NCBI GenBank assembly: GCA_001179505.1
Contig: CDMY01000322.1
Coordinates: 1 to 64,000, forward strand
Direction: 5' to 3'
DNA: 64,000 nucleotides
DNA from: Vitrella brassicaformis CCMP3155
Taxonomy: Eukaryota > Protista > Chromerida
Under the pieces are notes generated by a model. That model saw only the letters and a list, made by a program, of their open reading frames with translations. It was not told where the DNA came from and did not search any database. A program made the position numbers and the translations under genes. Below are positions 61,201 to 64,000 of the stretch, piece after piece; position 1 is the stretch's first letter, and the number at the start of each line of letters is the position of its first letter.

Positions 61201-63620
61201 CGCCATAGTCGTTCCGGATCTTGGTCACCAGACGGGGGCGATCGGGGCGAGGGACGGGGTACCTGCCAAACACCCGACACACACATTTGATGGATGGATG
61301 GATGGATGGAGCAGGGCGTATTATTACTTGATGAGGCCCTTGAGGTATATGACGAGTATGTGGTGGAGCAGCTGTGCGGCGATCCGCTGGACAAACACCC
61401 ATTGCAAGTCCTCCTGCAGACGCTCAAGGGACGACGCCAGCAGCTCTGGGGGTGGCAAAAGTCGGACAGGACAGGACAGGCACACAATGAGAGACGACCG
61501 TCCTGCCCTGCTGTTGTCGCTAGGCTGCTTTGCTTACGGATGGTCACGTGTCTAACGGGCATATCGATGACGTTCTTCCTCCTCAGCAACACAGCCGCAT
61601 TGTTCAGCAGCCTACAACACACCGCACACACCACACCAAGTCCGAGGAACAGACCTTTGTCTGCCCGTGTCGCGTGTCGAAGCGCACGGCCATCACCTGA
61701 TGGCCAGCAGCTCCTCGACGATGGACGCGAGCGCGGCGAACCGCCTGGCCTCCTCGCGCAGGCTCAGAGAGGCCACTCGGTCGTCGGCGTCCATCATCCC
61801 GCCACCGAGGGTCGACGAGGAAGCGGCTGCTGTGTCGGGCTGCTCCGTCTCATAATTCAGACCCATATACCGATCTATAGTATACACACAAAAGTGATCG
61901 ACCACAGCGGTGCGGCGGTTTCTGCCTCCTTGCTTCGCTCTTTCCTTCTCACCGGTCGCCGCGCATTTCTCGATGAAAAGTGAGGTGTTGTTGAGCTGTG
62001 CGGCAAGGAAGTCCAGCCTCAGGTAGCCCTCCACGCCGCCCTCCGCCAGCAGCAGCTCCCGCAAAGTGACCTGGTAGTGGAACACCACCGCCTTGGTGAT
62101 CTCCAGCACCTTCTCGCTCAGCACACGGATGCGGGCGTCACGCGCTTGGGCTGACAGGGGGAGAGAGAGAGAGGAATGGCCGTGGGTGTGTGTGTGTGTA
62201 CCGAGGTATGTGGTGACGAGATGGAAGAGGTCCACTGGGGCGGAGGTGTAGATCCAGTTCTCGATGGCGTGGCGGATGGGGCAGAAAATCGTCTCCTGAC
62301 ACACAGGGCACGAGTGTCGTCTTAGTGTCAATAGCGTCAGTCCCACCAACCACACCTGTTTGACAAGGTTGAAGACGAGCGGCACTGTGTTGGCGAGCAC
62401 CCGCCGCGCGTATGCCTCGGCGAGGGCCTCAATGGCGGCGGGGTAGCAGAGGTCGAACACACCATACTCCTCATACCCAGTGCTCAACACGTGCAGGAAC
62501 TCCAGAATCGACTAACACACACACACACACACACACAGACGGCTCTCTCTCTCTCTCTCTGTGTGCGTGTGTGTGTGTGTGTGTGCGGCTCACGAAGACT
62601 TTTGCAGGGGGCATGGCCATGGTGTTCCGGAGGTCCCCAATGTCAACTTCCCCCTGTCGCTCCACATCGTGCCGCACAGCCGCCGTCCAGAAGTCCGCCA
62701 GCCCCACCAGAATGGGCCGGAGGTACTGCTCCACGATGAAGGCACACACGTCCTTCCGGGGCGGCCGCACCGACGTGGCCGCCTGCAGCAATGCCCCACA
62801 CTCGTTGCTGAAGTCCTCGAGAAGCACCAGCAGCTGACATGGCCACCACAGAGACGGCCTCAGCTGCGTGTGAATGGAATGTGTTGGTGTGTGTACTTTG
62901 TCGATAGGGATGTCGGTAGCGTGGCTGGCGAGCAGCTGTGAGAGTGCGGGGAATGAGGTGGTGTCGGCGAGTGTCTTGGGGCTGGTCCCGCGCTCCTCGG
63001 CCACAGCCCACACAAACAACTACACACACATGAGGTCAGGGAGGGAGGAAGAGCCCAGCACCCACGTGACGACAGCGAAATGGACCGTTGAGTGCGTCTC
63101 TCCCGTCTCACCCGTGCAAGCTTGATTTTGATTGCGGCATCAGCCGCCCTCTTGCGCTCATCGGCCGGCGTCCTGTCGAACACCTGCAGCTGCTCCCTCA
63201 CCGTCATATCGCGGCCCTAGCCACACACAACACAAACACCAGTCGTCCGTCACTTACACACATGGACTCTGTCTGCTAGGGCGTTCATCGTTCACTCACC
63301 TGGTCAAGTGCCTCGGCGGCCTTCCTGGATGCCCGCAGTGCGTCGCGCCAGACGGTGGCTTCCTGCTGTGTGTCGGCCAGGATGCCCCGCAGGTAGTCGC
63401 CGCTGTGCAGGCGGACCTCAAAACCCTCGGCACGGGATATCACCTGAAGAACCGACGACCAGCCAGTGTGTGTGTTTGACTCGTTTCCTCTGTTTCTTCC
63501 TTGCCTACGTCAGATATGTCGATGCAGGAGCGCAGGTCGATGGCCCCCTTGGGACAGGAGCCGTCCATCTCTGCGGCGAAGTAGTACAGCGTGTCCGCCT
63601 GCACTCCCAGCGGAAACCTA

Positions 63621-63657
<37 letters not shown>

Positions 63658-64000
63658 GCATCCTTTGCCGACACCGTGTGTGTGGCTTCTGCATGCTCAC
63701 GTGGTCTCTGCAATGTGTCTGTTGATGGGCAGTGGCTGCGTGGCCCTCAGCGTGATGATGGGGCGGCTGGCGATGACCACGAAGTAGTAGCTGGTGGCGT
63801 ACTGGGCAGACGAGGGGTCCTGCGCAATGATGGTGTCGCGGCGGTTCTTCTTGAGCTGCCCGAACAGCACGGACTCGAGGAAGCCTTCCTCGTCAGATGC
63901 ACCCGCAGGCCCCTCCTCCTCTGCGGGTGGCTGCTCGCCTTCCGCTGATGATGCAGCCGGGCGGCTCTCGGCCCTTGACGCTTCCCACGCCTGCAGATGA
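58256..64000 (-). CDS. Large multi-exon protein: PH + Sec6/CATCHR-like helical region + PH (5' end beyond window)
   Basis: N-terminal PH-like (GQLKK..TLYYFAAEMDGSCPKGAIDL..EATVWRDAL). Long helical region (VIYLKGLIK..KIRNDYGVLGEFF..LQDMSDVL..EFRRKYG). C-terminal PH (CEGHLYKK..WCAIKNGRLYWY..GSVDL..RQVWLDAF). Cys-rich tail CVCCPWC. Confidence 0.65.

Overview
Eukaryotic, GC-rich, very intron-dense nuclear DNA: short GT-AG introns full of (TG)n/(CA)n, (CTGT)n and (GGAT)n microsatellites, plus four 300-N scaffold gaps. Gene content and intron style fit a chromerid alveolate, most likely Vitrella brassicaformis (inference, not a database hit). I spliced about 20 genes by hand. Housekeeping or recognisable genes: Ser/Thr kinase, capping protein alpha, Deg/HtrA protease, EF-hand protein, TGS1-like cap methyltransferase, Rab6-like GTPase, L-lactate permease (cut by a gap), NHP2 and an HRD1/gp78-like RING ligase. 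The most striking system is a dispersed multicopy family of BTB-BTB-TLDc-TLDc genes: four copies, one of them split across two places in the scaffold. Their BTB exons and introns are nearly identical while TLDc segments are hypervariable and mosaic. One copy has an in-frame half-domain duplication and another is decaying (nonsense codon plus frameshift). Every copy with an intact 5' end sits head-to-head with an unrelated gene. Several phase-consistent, unusual domain fusions also occur: ammonium transporter + C2, CBM-like + RING + FKBP-like, TPR + prefoldin-like, PH + Sec6-like + PH. An acidic repeat protein carries repeated RVxF-like/RRxT modules. No rRNA, tRNA, CRISPR array or transposase was recognised. 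Exon boundaries are manual and approximate.
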